From Candidatus Bathyarchaeota archaeon (GTDB lineage: Archaea; Thermoproteota; Bathyarchaeia; Bathyarchaeales; Bathycorpusculaceae), in contig CAWGZR010000010.1 in the NCBI GenBank assembly GCA_963827165.1, positions 359,516 through 423,515 on the forward strand: a stretch of DNA of 64,000 bases. The letters run 5' to 3'. The translations under genes were made by a program, and so were the position numbers. This document shows, in pieces, positions 14,485 to 25,449 of the stretch. Under the pieces are notes generated by a model. That model had not been told where the DNA came from, ran no database searches, and was given only the letters and a program-made list of their open reading frames with translations. How positions within the stretch are numbered: the stretch's first letter is position 1; each line of letters opens with the position of its first letter.

Positions 14485-14728
14485 ATGGTAAACACAAAAG
14501 CCATTGTTCTGCTAATAGTTGCGGCGGTCTTAGTTGTTGCAATTGCGGGCATAGTGGTCTTTGCCCAAGTTGCTGTTACACAAGCAAACTTAGACGGGTA
14601 ACCCGACCGCGCAGCCATCGGGAAGCTACAGCCACGGGATGATGAATAAAGGAAGCTACCCGAACAGTCAAGGGCAGAACGGTTACAACTACGAACCCAG
14701 AATGGGCATGTGCGCCCGTCTCTGGTAA
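14485..14728 (+). pseudogene. Small exported protein (signal peptide, Gly/Met/Tyr-rich tail), interrupted
   Basis: RBS gaggtga, MVNTKAIVLLIVAAVLVVAIAG..., continuation '...GMCARLW*' in another frame. Confidence 0.35.
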
Positions 14729-14781
14729 ACCGCAGCGTTTAACGCTTCCCAGTTTTTCTTTTTCTCAATTTCCATTTTGGT

Positions 14782-16410
14782 TTATTCCGAAGGGGTAGGA
14801 GTGTACCGACTAAGGTACCCTTTTGAGATTTTTGGTTTGCGTGGTTTCCATGCGTCTAAGCGTTCTTTAAGCTCTTTATCCGACAGCTCAACACGTAGAA
14901 TCCTGCCAGGGATGTCGATGGTTATGGTGTCGCCGTTTTTAAGTGCCGCTATGGGTCCGCCGTCGAAGGCTTCAGGTGCGACGTGTCCAATGCATGGTCC
15001 ACGCGTGGCTCCGCTGAATCTGCCGTCCGTGATGAGTGCTACGCTTTCGCTAAGACCCATTCCCGCGATGGTTGCGGTGGGGATGAGCATTTCAGGCATT
15101 CCAGGTCCGCCTCGGGGGCCTTCGTAACGGATGACGACGACGTCGCCTGCCACAACCTCGTGGCGTTTCATAGCTTCCTCTGACTGTCGCTCGGAGTCGT
15201 AGACTTTTGCTGGACCTTGGTGCTTCATCATCTTAGGCGAGACAGCAGCCATTTTGACGACTGCGCCCTTTGGCGCCAAGTTGCCCCGCAAGATCGCTAT
15301 GCCGCCTTCCTTGTGAACGGGGTTGCTAAGCGGGCGAATGACTTCAGCATTGATTACTCTTGCGTTTGAAACGTTTTCACCGACGGTTTTGCCTGTAACA
15401 GTTAGTGCGTCAAAGTGGATAAACGGTTTTAGCTCAGCCATCAGGGCGGGTAAGCCGCCTGCGTTTCCCAAATCAGCCATGTCATAGATGCCGCTTGGGA
15501 CCATACTGCATAGGTGTGGGACTTTGCGTCCGATTTCATCGTAAGTAGAAAGGTTAAGTTGTGCTCCTGCTTCGTTGGCGATAGCGGTGAGATGCAGAAC
15601 TGTGTTTGTTGAGCCGCCCAACGCCATGTCGACTGCTGCGGCGTTGTCGAAGGCTTTCTGCGTCATAATTTGAGAAGGCAAAATATTCCGTTTTACCAGC
15701 TGCATGATTTTCACGCCAGACTCTTTGGCGATTCTCTGTTTGAACGCGCCGTTTGCGAGGGCTGTTGCGCAGTAGGGCAGAGACATACCCATAGCTTCGG
15801 TCATACACGCCATGGTGTTGGCTGTGAACATGCCGTTGCAGCTGCCGCATCCTGGACACGCTACGTTTTCCAGCGCAGCCGATTCCGCAGGAGTCATTTT
15901 GCCTGCGAAGACTTTGCCGACTGCTTCGAAGACGTTGTTGACGCCGACTTTTTGCCCTTCAAGGATGCCTGACTCCATGGGTCCTCCTGTCACAGCGATT
16001 GCGGGAACGTTAATCCTTGCAGCAGCCATCAGCATGCCCGGGGTGATTTTGTCGCAGTTAGAAATCGTCACCAACCCATCTAGGCGGTGCGCCTGCATCA
16101 TAATTTCGACTGAGTCAGCGATGAGTTCGCGGCTTGGGAGACTGTAGCGCATGCCTTCATGGCCCATGGCTATACCATCGCATACAGCTATGGTGTTAAA
16201 TTCAAAAGGAGTTCCGCCGGCTTCCAAAATGCCTTCTTTCACTGCTTCACCTAAAATGCGCAGGTGAACATGTCCTGGAACGATGGAGGTGTAACTGTTG
16301 GCTATCCCTATGAATGGTTTAGCAATATCCTCATCGGTTAAACCCAAGCTTTTAAGCAAGGCGCGGTGGGCTGCCCGTTCGGGTCCAAGTTTGATTTCGT
16401 CGCTTCTCAT
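14782..16410 (-). CDS. ilvD: Dihydroxy-acid dehydratase
   Basis: [63 protein letters not shown]. Confidence 0.97.
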   Translation of the reverse strand: MRSDEIKLGPERAAHRALLKSLGLTDEDIAKPFIGIANSYTSIVPGHVHLRILGEAVKEGILEAGGTPFEFNTIAVCDGIAMGHEGMRYSLPSRELIADSVEIMMQAHRLDGLVTISNCDKITPGMLMAAARINVPAIAVTGGPMESGILEGQKVGVNNVFEAVGKVFAGKMTPAESAALENVACPGCGSCNGMFTANTMACMTEAMGMSLPYCATALANGAFKQRIAKESGVKIMQLVKRNILPSQIMTQKAFDNAAAVDMALGGSTNTVLHLTAIANEAGAQLNLSTYDEIGRKVPHLCSMVPSGIYDMADLGNAGGLPALMAELKPFIHFDALTVTGKTVGENVSNARVINAEVIRPLSNPVHKEGGIAILRGNLAPKGAVVKMAAVSPKMMKHQGPAKVYDSERQSEEAMKRHEVVAGDVVVIRYEGPRGGPGMPEMLIPTATIAGMGLSESVALITDGRFSGATRGPCIGHVAPEAFDGGPIAALKNGDTITIDIPGRILRVELSDKELKERLDAWKPRKPKISKGYLSRYTPTPSE

Positions 16411-16473
16411 AAATTTCACTTCTTGCAAGATACTGTCACCAATAATTTTATATTTAAGGTTGACGCTCAAAAA

Positions 16474-18015
16474 ATGGAATGTGACTTAGAATGGGGTATT
16501 GCTTTATTTAACCGCTTCCCAAAACATGTAAAGTTTTTAGACACCACCCTAAGAGATGGGGAACAAACACCCGGAGTATCACTTGTACCTGAAAACAAAC
16601 TGCGAATAGCCCAGCGGCTGGACGAGCTCGGCGTGGACATTATTGAAGCTGGGTTTGCGGCTGTTTCTGAAGGTGAAATGGAAGCTGTCAGCCTTATCGC
16701 AAAGCAGAAGTTAAGGGCTCAAATCTCAAGTGCGGCAAGAGGAACAATAAACGATATCGATGCAGTTCTCAAGAGCGGCGCTTCAACTATTAGCATGATC
16801 ATTCCAACGTCTGACTTGCATATCCAATGCAAACTTCACAAGACACGGGAACAGATGCTAAAAGTTGCAGACGAATGCATAACCTACGCAAAAGATCATG
16901 GCTTAGTCGTTGAGCTTTTGGCTGAAGACGCAACCCGAACAGACCCTAATTACTTAAACCAGTTCTTCAATGCCGCAGTTGAAGCTAAAGCGGACAGACT
17001 GATTGTATGCGACACAGTAGGCATCTTAACTCCTGAACGATCAGCCGAACTCTTCTCAAAACTCAAAGAAAACTTCAAGATCCCAATAGGCGTGCACTGT
17101 CACAACGATTTCGGAATGGCCGTTGCTAACAGCATTGCAGCCTTAGGCTCTGGAGCTGAAGAAGTTCACGCAACCATAAACGGACTAGGCGAACGCGCTG
17201 GAAACGCTTCACTTGAAGAAATAGTCCTCACATTAAATTCACTCTACAGAATAGACGTAAAAATCAAGACCGAACTGATCTACGGAACATCCCAACTAGT
17301 GTCCAGATTAACCGGGGTTTATGTACAGCCAAACAAGGCAATCGTCGGCGAAAACGCCTTCACCCACGAATCAGGAATTCACACGCAAGGAATGCTTGCA
17401 AACCCACTGACTTATGAACCGATAGCGCCTGAGCTGGTAGGGGCAACCCGCCGCATATCCGCAGGAAAGCATTCAGGTTCACATGCGATAAAGGCAGCCT
17501 TAGAGGACATGGGATTGAGACCGTCTGAGGTGCAGTTTAAAGAAATTTTCCAACGCATCAAAACCTTGGGTGATAAAGGCAAGATGGTGATGGATGCAGA
17601 TGTTTTGGCGATTGCAGAAAACGTTATGGGTTTAGGCAAAGAGAAGCCGATTCAGCTTGAGGAGATGACGTTTGTTGGCGGCGATAAGGTTACGGCTACC
17701 GCGTCGGTTAGGCTGCGGCTGAATGGCAAGGATGTTTGGGGTACCGCCGTAGGCGTTGGACCTGTTGATGCAGCGATAAATGCTGTTAAAGATGCGATCG
17801 AAGAGGTTGAACCCATAACATTGGAGCAGTACATGGTTAAAGCGATTACCGGAGGCACGGACGCGATGGTTGAAGTTGAGGTCCGGATGCGTAAAGGCGA
17901 CAGGACAGTAAGGGCAACCGGCGTTAGGGAAGACATTGTTAAAGCCAGCATTGAAGCAGTGCTAAGCGCCATGAACGTTTTAGCAACGGATTACAACAAC
18001 AAAAAACAAGCTTAG
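16474..18015 (+). CDS. cimA: (R)-citramalate synthase (LeuA/CimA family, DRE-TIM plus regulatory domain)
   Basis: [26 protein letters not shown]; IIPTS, VELLAED and VCDTVG resemble methanogen CimA more than LeuA; start uncertain. Confidence 0.75.
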   Translation: MECDLEWGIALFNRFPKHVKFLDTTLRDGEQTPGVSLVPENKLRIAQRLDELGVDIIEAGFAAVSEGEMEAVSLIAKQKLRAQISSAARGTINDIDAVLKSGASTISMIIPTSDLHIQCKLHKTREQMLKVADECITYAKDHGLVVELLAEDATRTDPNYLNQFFNAAVEAKADRLIVCDTVGILTPERSAELFSKLKENFKIPIGVHCHNDFGMAVANSIAALGSGAEEVHATINGLGERAGNASLEEIVLTLNSLYRIDVKIKTELIYGTSQLVSRLTGVYVQPNKAIVGENAFTHESGIHTQGMLANPLTYEPIAPELVGATRRISAGKHSGSHAIKAALEDMGLRPSEVQFKEIFQRIKTLGDKGKMVMDADVLAIAENVMGLGKEKPIQLEEMTFVGGDKVTATASVRLRLNGKDVWGTAVGVGPVDAAINAVKDAIEEVEPITLEQYMVKAITGGTDAMVEVEVRMRKGDRTVRATGVREDIVKASIEAVLSAMNVLATDYNNKKQA

Positions 18016-18300
18016 AACCGAGATTTCTCAATTTTTTTGTTTTCTTGGTTTGAAATTGAACTTGGAGGTTCAAAATCTGATGTTTTTTAGTGGTAAATGT
18101 GGTTGGTTTGGACTTAAATTTGGAAATGAGGCGTGAAATGGGGTTTTGGTGTTGAGTTTGTTGAACCTTTTGCATGGTCTTTTGTGAGTGGTTTGAACTT
18201 CCTGTATGTTGAGAATGTTGTTAGTGGTTGTATTTTGCACGTGTGTTTTGGAAGTGGCCGTTGAAGTTGATAGAAAGTTTTTGTTGCTTGTTGATTTGTT

Positions 18301-19074
18301 TTATGCGGTTATTTGTGGGGGCGGACGTACACGCCTTCTGCCAAGTTTAACCCGCAGGGCTATGCGGTAGAGTTTTCGCAATGATTTTACCAGAGCCTCC
18401 ACTGTGGGGGCGGATGAGTAGATGAGTGGGATTTGCTCGTACTCGGCGATGCGTATGGATTCGGCGTCAGGCGGGTTTTTGTGGAAAACTACCAATCGCG
18501 GTTTGAGGCTGCTAACCCGCACAATCATCATAGGCAAAGATCCCTCTTCCACATTGGTGAAAACCAGCGCCCGATCAGTAGTTGATCCAAAAAGCTGCGA
18601 GTACTCCAACCCAGAGTAGGCTTCAACTGCTTTTCGGCTATCCACAACCGTGTACCCATTAATCTCTTTAACGAACTTATCTTTGCAAGCAACGACTTCG
18701 CCGCCGATAGCCTTACATAAATATTCAACCCGAACGGGAATTGGAAACTCACGCAGGTCCACCACAGCCATGCTTGGGGAACTGGTAAGTTTGGCGAATT
18801 CCCGTATGAATCGGCTGCCTTTTTGCTCGTCGATGTGGAGAAGTGAGAGGACGAAGCGGCGGATGAATTTGGCACCTGGGCTTTTTCGTCGCCCGCTTTC
18901 GTAGTCGCTTATCACAGCTGAAGAAGAGAGCCCCATTGTTTCGGAAAGAGTAAGTTGAGAAACAGCGAACAGTTCCCGCCATTTGCGCATGGTGGCGCCT
19001 GGTTTGCTTGAAAGAATTATTTCTCCAGCGATCCGTCTTCCCAAAACTTCCCGAAGACTAGGCGACACAGACAC
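18301..19074 (-). CDS. Conserved archaeal XRE-HTH transcriptional regulator (COG1709-like)
   Basis: 'RRIAGEIILS..PGATMRKWRELF...VISDYESGRRKSPG'. Confidence 0.85.
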   Translation of the reverse strand: MSVSPSLREVLGRRIAGEIILSSKPGATMRKWRELFAVSQLTLSETMGLSSSAVISDYESGRRKSPGAKFIRRFVLSLLHIDEQKGSRFIREFAKLTSSPSMAVVDLREFPIPVRVEYLCKAIGGEVVACKDKFVKEINGYTVVDSRKAVEAYSGLEYSQLFGSTTDRALVFTNVEEGSLPMMIVRVSSLKPRLVVFHKNPPDAESIRIAEYEQIPLIYSSAPTVEALVKSLRKLYRIALRVKLGRRRVRPPPQITA

Positions 19075-19102
19075 TGAAAGGCTCTCCAGCTTGCACTCTC
19101 CC

Positions 19103-22018
19103 TTAAGGTTGGATATATAAAACTTTATCTGAAACCCTTGGAACCGCCTGCTTTCTTGCCGACACCATGATCATAGTGCAGAGTGATACAACAAACAACA
19201 ACATTAGAATCACTGATAAGTCTGGAAATTCAGGGGCTGGTTTTGGAGAATCTGTTGAGGCGGGAGAAACGTTTGAGGTAGCCGTCGAGGTTCGAATGGG
19301 TGAAGGCGAGGATGGACGGACGGGGCTCGCACCAGTTATTGGGGTCGGTTGAGATGTTGCAATAGATGCCTGCACCAAAGATGCCGTAATTACGCCGGGT
19401 CCATTCACATTTGCCACAGTGGAAATAGCATTTGAGTTATCGAAAGTTATGGAGGCAGTGTTAGATGTCCACGAAGAAAAGGTGTAACCCGAATCAGGCA
19501 ATGCATGAATTGAAAGTGAACCCGAATCTACCCATAAATCAACACCAATTGGGGTGGTTAATCCGCCATATGAAGGGGTTATGATGAATGTTACTTGATA
19601 CTGTGTTGTCCAAGTGGCTATAGCAGTTTCAGGCGAGTTGATAGCTATGTTGCTGGAGGTTGAGCCTGAGCCCGAAGCATCCCCTATCCAGCCGGAGAAA
19701 ACAAATTGAGAACCCGCCGCGCCAGACACAACATTTGCCGATACGGCTGCTTGAGTTGAGCTCCCACTGTCATACCACCCTGATCCGGCAGTCGCTCCAA
19801 TTCCGTTGTCATTAACTGAAAGATAATACTGAGTTGTCCAATTTGCTGATTCCACAATTGGGTTATTTATGGTCACAGAATTGGATACAACAGAACCGTT
19901 GCAGGATCCATCACCTAACCCGCTCCAAGAATTAAACAAATATTGAACCCCGACGCCGCCAGAAAAGGGAGTAGTAACACCAAAATTAGCTGAAGAACCA
20001 GCATTATACCAGCCACCCCCAATTGGAGAGCCAAAAGCTGAAGATACATTAAGATAATATTGGAGGTCCCAAACGGCTGCCGAGGCAACTGCGGAATTCA
20101 TAGTTATCGCATTACTTTGTTGGTAGCTGTTTCCGCCCGTCGTCCAACCAGCGAACTCCCACTGAGCGCCCGTTCCATAAGAAACAGTTCCTGAACCTAA
20201 GCCGGCATAAGCGGTTGACCCAGCGTTGTACCATCCTGAACCCGAAGTTACCACGTTGGCTGGCGAAGGCGAAATTACCGTCAAATAATATTGATGCTCA
20301 TAAGTCGGGTTAATTGAGGTCGCTTGTGTGATCGTTCCAGAATTTCCTGTAGAACAGACCCATTGTTCCGTTCCGGACGGCGCGGTGGCAATGGTAGAGG
20401 TGGTCCACGATGTATTTTGGTCCAACCATGTTGCTTGACTTGTATTAGTGAGGGGCAATTGGCATGGTGATCCCAGTTGCGTTCCCAAGAGGTAAGGTGC
20501 TGATGTGGAACCTGAATTGTCTGAGGTAGTGTAGTTGGCGGTCACTTGGTATTGATGATAATAGGTTATCGTGGCGAAAATTTGGTCGGCTTGTGATATT
20601 GTCCACGATGAGGTTGGAGTTGCCCATTGGTCTTGAACTGCGCCCAACATATCATTGGTAACGGAAACAGTTGCTCCTTTTAAAGCCCAAATTATCTGCT
20701 GCCCCGAATCGGGTATTGACATCGAACTCGAAGTTGGATTAGGTTGAGAAGAAGCAGTTGAGGGGGCGGTATTGTAAAATATCTGGGGGCTGATGCTTCC
20801 GCTACCGTCCACCGAGTACGACACAATCTGACTGAGCAAATCGTAGTAATACCATGTCGAGGTTGACCCAGCCAGCACATCTAAAGAGCCGCCTTGGGAT
20901 TTTAATGCCAACTCTTCAGTTGAGGACGAGTCGGCTGAGACCACGGATATAACAACATTACTTCCGACGTCAGCATTTACTATCAGCGTCCCACTTTGAG
21001 CAGACGTAACCACTTGCTGACCGTAAAGAAGGTAGGTCACTTCAAAAGAATCGCCTGCAGGAAGCGGATTTGATGCGTCCGCAGGAAGCAATGTTATTGA
21101 AGTTGCTTCTGGAGCTAATCCCGTTGTGAATTGGTAGGCATCACTAGATTCGGTTGCCCCATTGTTAGAAAAATCCTGAAGCGAATTGGGGTTTGAAGAG
21201 TACGTCAGCAACGATGTTAGGTAGGTCCATTGTCCAGTCCACGTTTGACCGGGTTCCCACTCATCCATACCCATCCAACCAGATGAAATCCCAGAGCTAA
21301 AATCAGTATAGTTGACCGCGGATTCACCGCCGCTATATGGGTTAACGTGATACCACTCAGTCATAAGTCCAGTGAAGAATCCACCCATAGTTCCGGCTAT
21401 AAAGGTGGTTGGGTGGACGCTTCCGTAAGAGACAGAGCAAGTTGCAGTAGTATTCCAATCGTAAGCTGTCATGTGAACAACACCGCCATTGATGTGGAGG
21501 CTGAGCTGGACTAAATCTCCTGAATTAACGGGGCCTGAGAAAGATTGCAAGCCCCCACCGCCATCAGTCGGATAAACTGATTCTTCTGCTGAATTCCAAA
21601 CTTCGTAGATAAAATAGAACCCTGAATTGTATCCTCCGCCTTCGTATGGCCAATTATATGCTAGACCCACTTGATACCAATAGTTACCATTTGATAATCC
21701 GTTGAGGAGATACGCTGGTCCGTAACCATATGCGTCGGTTTGTGCAATCGCGGTAACATTATATGAAAAGCTCGCAGAACCTTGATCAAACGTCGACCAG
21801 AGCTGCTCATCATAGGGCGCAGACGGAAGAGAAGCCAATGGATTATTCAGCGAAGAATTAACCGAAAAAGAAGGCAACAAAGTATTTTGCGCATGCCACT
21901 GATCGGTTGATGCCCTCGCAGTTTGCACATGCACAGCACAGAAGCAAACAATGACGAAAAGACAACAAAGCAAGAGCGCTTCCACCGATCGAGAAAGAGG
22001 CGTATTCTTGCTTTTCAC
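19103..22018 (-). CDS. Large secreted Ser/Thr-rich surface protein with 'QYYL.V.S...G.GWY..G' repeats and PEF-CTERM sorting signal
   Basis: Signal peptide, repeated beta-sandwich units, P/S/T linker, 'APEFP' + TM helix + RK. Confidence 0.8.
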   Translation of the reverse strand: MKSKNTPLSRSVEALLLCCLFVIVCFCAVHVQTARASTDQWHAQNTLLPSFSVNSSLNNPLASLPSAPYDEQLWSTFDQGSASFSYNVTAIAQTDAYGYGPAYLLNGLSNGNYWYQVGLAYNWPYEGGGYNSGFYFIYEVWNSAEESVYPTDGGGGLQSFSGPVNSGDLVQLSLHINGGVVHMTAYDWNTTATCSVSYGSVHPTTFIAGTMGGFFTGLMTEWYHVNPYSGGESAVNYTDFSSGISSGWMGMDEWEPGQTWTGQWTYLTSLLTYSSNPNSLQDFSNNGATESSDAYQFTTGLAPEATSITLLPADASNPLPAGDSFEVTYLLYGQQVVTSAQSGTLIVNADVGSNVVISVVSADSSSTEELALKSQGGSLDVLAGSTSTWYYYDLLSQIVSYSVDGSGSISPQIFYNTAPSTASSQPNPTSSSMSIPDSGQQIIWALKGATVSVTNDMLGAVQDQWATPTSSWTISQADQIFATITYYHQYQVTANYTTSDNSGSTSAPYLLGTQLGSPCQLPLTNTSQATWLDQNTSWTTSTIATAPSGTEQWVCSTGNSGTITQATSINPTYEHQYYLTVISPSPANVVTSGSGWYNAGSTAYAGLGSGTVSYGTGAQWEFAGWTTGGNSYQQSNAITMNSAVASAAVWDLQYYLNVSSAFGSPIGGGWYNAGSSANFGVTTPFSGGVGVQYLFNSWSGLGDGSCNGSVVSNSVTINNPIVESANWTTQYYLSVNDNGIGATAGSGWYDSGSSTQAAVSANVVSGAAGSQFVFSGWIGDASGSGSTSSNIAINSPETAIATWTTQYQVTFIITPSYGGLTTPIGVDLWVDSGSLSIHALPDSGYTFSSWTSNTASITFDNSNAISTVANVNGPGVITASLVQASIATSQPTPITGASPVRPSSPSPIRTSTATSNVSPASTDSPKPAPEFPDLSVILMLLFVVSLCTMIMVSARKQAVPRVSDKVLYIQP

Positions 22019-22195
22019 CGCGACAAACTCCTCAACAATATCGTCAGTTCTTTGATACCCACACGCTATATGATTTGTTACTTAGCAATTCGAACAATCA
22101 GTCTTGATTTGGAATAAACGCAAACATTGAAAGACCAATTCTTTGAAGAGCCTGGGCGCAATGTATTTTCCTGATTGAGTACTATAATGGTTAAT

Positions 22196-23089
22196 CTAGA
22201 GTATGAAGATTATGCAGATTCCTGCAACAATCGCTGTTGCCCCCAGCATTGCTTTGGTTGTCATTTTTTCGTGGAAAAGCATGAAGCCTGCGACTGCTGC
22301 GAAAAGAGGCGAGGTTGAAGAGATAGGCACTGCCCGCGTAAGCGATGTGTATTGGAAGCTATAGTTAAGAAGCAGCCATCCGACACCGTTCGCCACTAAA
22401 CCCCCAACGCATAACGCAGCTATGGTGCTCCTCTTCATCTTGATGAAACCGTGCTCTTTGTCAATGAAAGGTGCCAGAAGCATGAAGAATAAGGCGATTG
22501 AAGCGATCCTAAGCGTTATGATCGCGTAGTTTGCGCCCAATGTGGTTACGCCGGAGACGGCTACGTTCATCATGCTAATGCTAACTGACCAGATGACCGC
22601 CGTCACCAAACTAACGGTGAGACCAATGAAAACCAACCTGCCCTTAACACCCGCCTCTTCACGGCTTTTTTCTCTGCTCAGCAGCAAGATACCGAACAGG
22701 ATTATGAGGGCACCTGCGACTTCAACGATTGATAAGGGTTGACCAAGCAGAGTTGTCGCCCAAATCAGGCTAAATAAGGGATACGTTGCCGCTAAGGGGA
22801 CGGCACGTGACACCCCCACATACTTGAGACCAATCATGTACAAAGTGTCCCCGACGCCCAACCCGATGACGCCGCTAACAATCACCAAAACCATCGTTTT
22901 CATAGGCAACGCGGCTAACGTTCCAGCTAAACCGAAAATCAGCAAGAAGGCAACGAGCACGCCAGCGTTTGTTGCGCAGCGAACTATGTTTGCGGAAAGT
23001 GGTTTAGTGCTTAATAGGGCTTTTCTGTAGAGTATCGGCGCTATTGCCCAGCTTATGGAGGCGCCTAGTGCAGCGATTTCTCCAATCAT
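22196..23089 (-). CDS. EamA/DMT-family transporter
   Basis: Ten hydrophobic helices in two repeats, 'GVSRAVPL..TYPLF' and 'RAVPISSTSPLF...FHEK'. Confidence 0.9.
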   Translation of the reverse strand: MIGEIAALGASISWAIAPILYRKALLSTKPLSANIVRCATNAGVLVAFLLIFGLAGTLAALPMKTMVLVIVSGVIGLGVGDTLYMIGLKYVGVSRAVPLAATYPLFSLIWATTLLGQPLSIVEVAGALIILFGILLLSREKSREEAGVKGRLVFIGLTVSLVTAVIWSVSISMMNVAVSGVTTLGANYAIITLRIASIALFFMLLAPFIDKEHGFIKMKRSTIAALCVGGLVANGVGWLLLNYSFQYTSLTRAVPISSTSPLFAAVAGFMLFHEKMTTKAMLGATAIVAGICIIFIL

Positions 23090-23315
23090 GGTTTAGGTGA
23101 CCGCGAAAAACTACAATTGCAAGTTGGCTGTTAAGAACTTTCGTTTGACTCGGGACGATTTGAATTGTGATTAACGAGTTTTTGATGGAAACAGGGTTCA
23201 TCTAGCCGCCGTTTTAGCGCTAGCGTATGTTTTGAGTCTGAATTGCATTTATTAGGAAGTTTAGCTTATTGTTGGGTACTTCCGCAATGAACAGAAAAAA
23301 GGAGTGAATGTAAAA

Positions 23316-23603
23316 ATGCAGGAAAAATCAAGTGATGTCGTCTTCGTTGGAAACAAACCACCAATGAGCTATGTGCTCGCTCTCATAACAGCTTTTAGCA
23401 GCGGGCAAAAAGAAATAACTTTGAAAGCCAGAGGCCAAGCAATAACCACCGCCGTTGACGTAGCAGAAATTACAAGAAGCCGCTTCATCAAAGACATCCA
23501 TGTCAGCAAAATCGCAATCGGAACAGCCGAAATGCCACCACGAGAAGGCGAAAACAGGTCCAGGATGGTTTCAACGATCGAAATCAGCATGGCAAAAGAA
23601 TAA
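23316..23603 (+). CDS. albA: Chromatin/RNA-binding protein Alba
   Basis: 'VFVGNKPPMSYVLA...LKARGQAITTAVDVAE...VSTIEI'. Confidence 0.95.
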   Translation: MQEKSSDVVFVGNKPPMSYVLALITAFSSGQKEITLKARGQAITTAVDVAEITRSRFIKDIHVSKIAIGTAEMPPREGENRSRMVSTIEISMAKE

Positions 23604-23817
23604 ACCACGCGACCAACAAAACACACAAATGGGAGTTTTTTAAGCTCTCAATCTTTTTACATTGTTCAAGATTTTTTGTGAGTAATTTTTTGGGATTTTT
23701 GTTTCGGCTTTTTGTTTGGCAAGAGCGAGCGCCGCAGATTTGCAGTTTTTTGCAAAAAATTTTTGTTTGTGTTTTGGGTTGCTTTTTTTGTTTGGGGCTT
23801 GGTTTGGTTGCAGGTTG

Positions 23818-23990
23818 AGTCTTTAATAGTCTGCAATAGTCGTTAATAGTCAATAGTAGTCTGCAGTAGTCAATAATAGTCAATAAAAGTCAACTGGGTG
23901 TTACCACGGTCGCTTAAATAGAAGCCAAAAATCGTAACCAAAAGAAGCCTCCAAAAATATGGGCTGACGAGGGCTTGAGGTTTCTACCAG
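23818..23990. repeat. Non-coding element copy 2: seven to eight 10-bp periodic (T)AGTC repeats plus conserved tail
   Basis: ctttaatagt ctgcaatagt cgttaatagt caatagtagt ctgcagtagt caataatagt caataaaagt, then cttaaatagaagccaaaaatcgtaaccaaaa. Confidence 0.75.
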
Positions 23991-24385
23991 CCATTTCTTT
24001 TCGGTTCAGATTGGTTTGGTTTGGGGATCTAAAATTTCTGTGCTTTCTGTGGTTGTGGAACAGCAATCAGCGTTGCTCATAAGCTTGGAAGACAATCGAC
24101 AGAAATTGATGTTTCTCCCACTGCATGCAACTTGAAAGAAAGTCGAATGAGAAGTTACATGCAACGCCCTCCATCAGGGGAATGTCATTGACCGAGGAAG
24201 ACCTTAGCTTATTTGGGATTTAGTGGAGAACGTGCAGTTGTTTCCAATGTGCGATAGCTGCCTGAAGGGAAAAAAAATGGTGGGCAAACCAAAGAAGTAC
24301 GAGTTCAAAGAAGGAAAGACAAAATTGCCTATTTTTAAGCGCAATATTTTTGTATGCATACGATATCTATTGTATACGGTGATCT

Positions 24386-24709
24386 GTGTTGACGCTTAAA
24401 CCGCTAGCCGTGCGCGTTCCCGTTGAATTGGATAGAGAAATTTCTGAAATCATAAAAAAAGAAAAACTAGACAAAGCAACGGTTGTCCGAAATCTTCTTG
24501 AAACAGGCATCACCGAGTGGAGAAAACAAACCGCTCTTGAACTCTTAGGCAAAGGGAAAGCTACTTTTGCTGAGGCCGCGGATATTGCAAAGCTTTCTCT
24601 TTGGGAATTTGCAGATTTAGTAAAGCAATGTAACGTTGAATGGGTCAGGTTTGAACCAGAAGAAGTTGAAAAAGAATTTAAGGAAGCATCGGCGGCGAAA
24701 CCTAATTGA
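24386..24709 (+). CDS. UPF0175-family antitoxin (RHH + HTH)
   Basis: 'ALELLGKGKATFAEAADIAKLSLWEF'; overlaps start of the PIN gene. Confidence 0.8.
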   Translation: MLTLKPLAVRVPVELDREISEIIKKEKLDKATVVRNLLETGITEWRKQTALELLGKGKATFAEAADIAKLSLWEFADLVKQCNVEWVRFEPEEVEKEFKEASAAKPN

Positions 24710-25218
24710 AACCGTTAGTTTTCAATTCTACCCCCTTGACATACCTGTCTAAATCAGGTTTAAGCGGGATTATTGAAAACCTACAGGAAGAAAAGTTGAC
24801 TTCTCCGCTCGTTAAAGCTGAAGTTGTGGATAAAGGCAAACAAAAAGGCGTCCCAGACGCGATTGCACTGGAAAAACTGTTTGAAAACGGCGTTTTTATA
24901 CTTTGCAACCCTAAAGACACGCTGCTCTTTTCACGGTTATCCAAAACACGTGGGCTTCACGCCGCGGACGCTGAAGTTTTAGCGCTTGCCAAAGAGCATG
25001 CAGGGTTGGCTGTTATTGATGATGAGGTGGCAAGGAAAACCGCTAAAGTCTACAAAATCAGTTACGTGGGCACGCCATTTATTTTGGCAAGGGCGGTTTC
25101 TGAAGGGCTCCTGTCAAAAGAACAAGCCAAAGATGCCGTAAAGGACATGGTTTCTTCAGGGTGGCGCTGTAACGTTGAAACCTATGCCAAGATAATGGAT
25201 CTAATAGACAAAATCTAA
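24706..25218 (+). CDS. DUF3368-type PIN-domain toxin (VapC-like)
   Basis: 'VFNSTPL', 'V.AE', 'ADAEVLALA', 'IDDEVARK', 'VGT'. Confidence 0.85.
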   Translation: MKPLVFNSTPLTYLSKSGLSGIIENLQEEKLTSPLVKAEVVDKGKQKGVPDAIALEKLFENGVFILCNPKDTLLFSRLSKTRGLHAADAEVLALAKEHAGLAVIDDEVARKTAKVYKISYVGTPFILARAVSEGLLSKEQAKDAVKDMVSSGWRCNVETYAKIMDLIDKI

Positions 25219-25449
25219 GGGGCGGTAGTCTTGGGCAAATCTAGTGAGGCTTAGTTGAAACGGAGAAATCCTGTTGTTAGAAGATTCCGAGTCATTTCAA
25301 TTATCCCCCTTGAATCTGAATAATTTTAGCCAGATTGGGAATCTTAACCAAGGAGGTTGGGATAAATCCATATTTGAAACGGTAGTGAGTCAAGCAACAA
25401 AAGCTTAAGGTTTGAAACAGAACCGGCACTGGCACTTTGAACTGCAGCC

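Noticed and set aside
18016-18300. G/T-skewed intergenic tract
   Set aside because: Low-complexity sequence between convergent genes with no definable repeat unit.
23818-23895. CRISPR array
   Set aside because: The period is 10 bp with no 25-45 bp spacers, and no cas genes are present.
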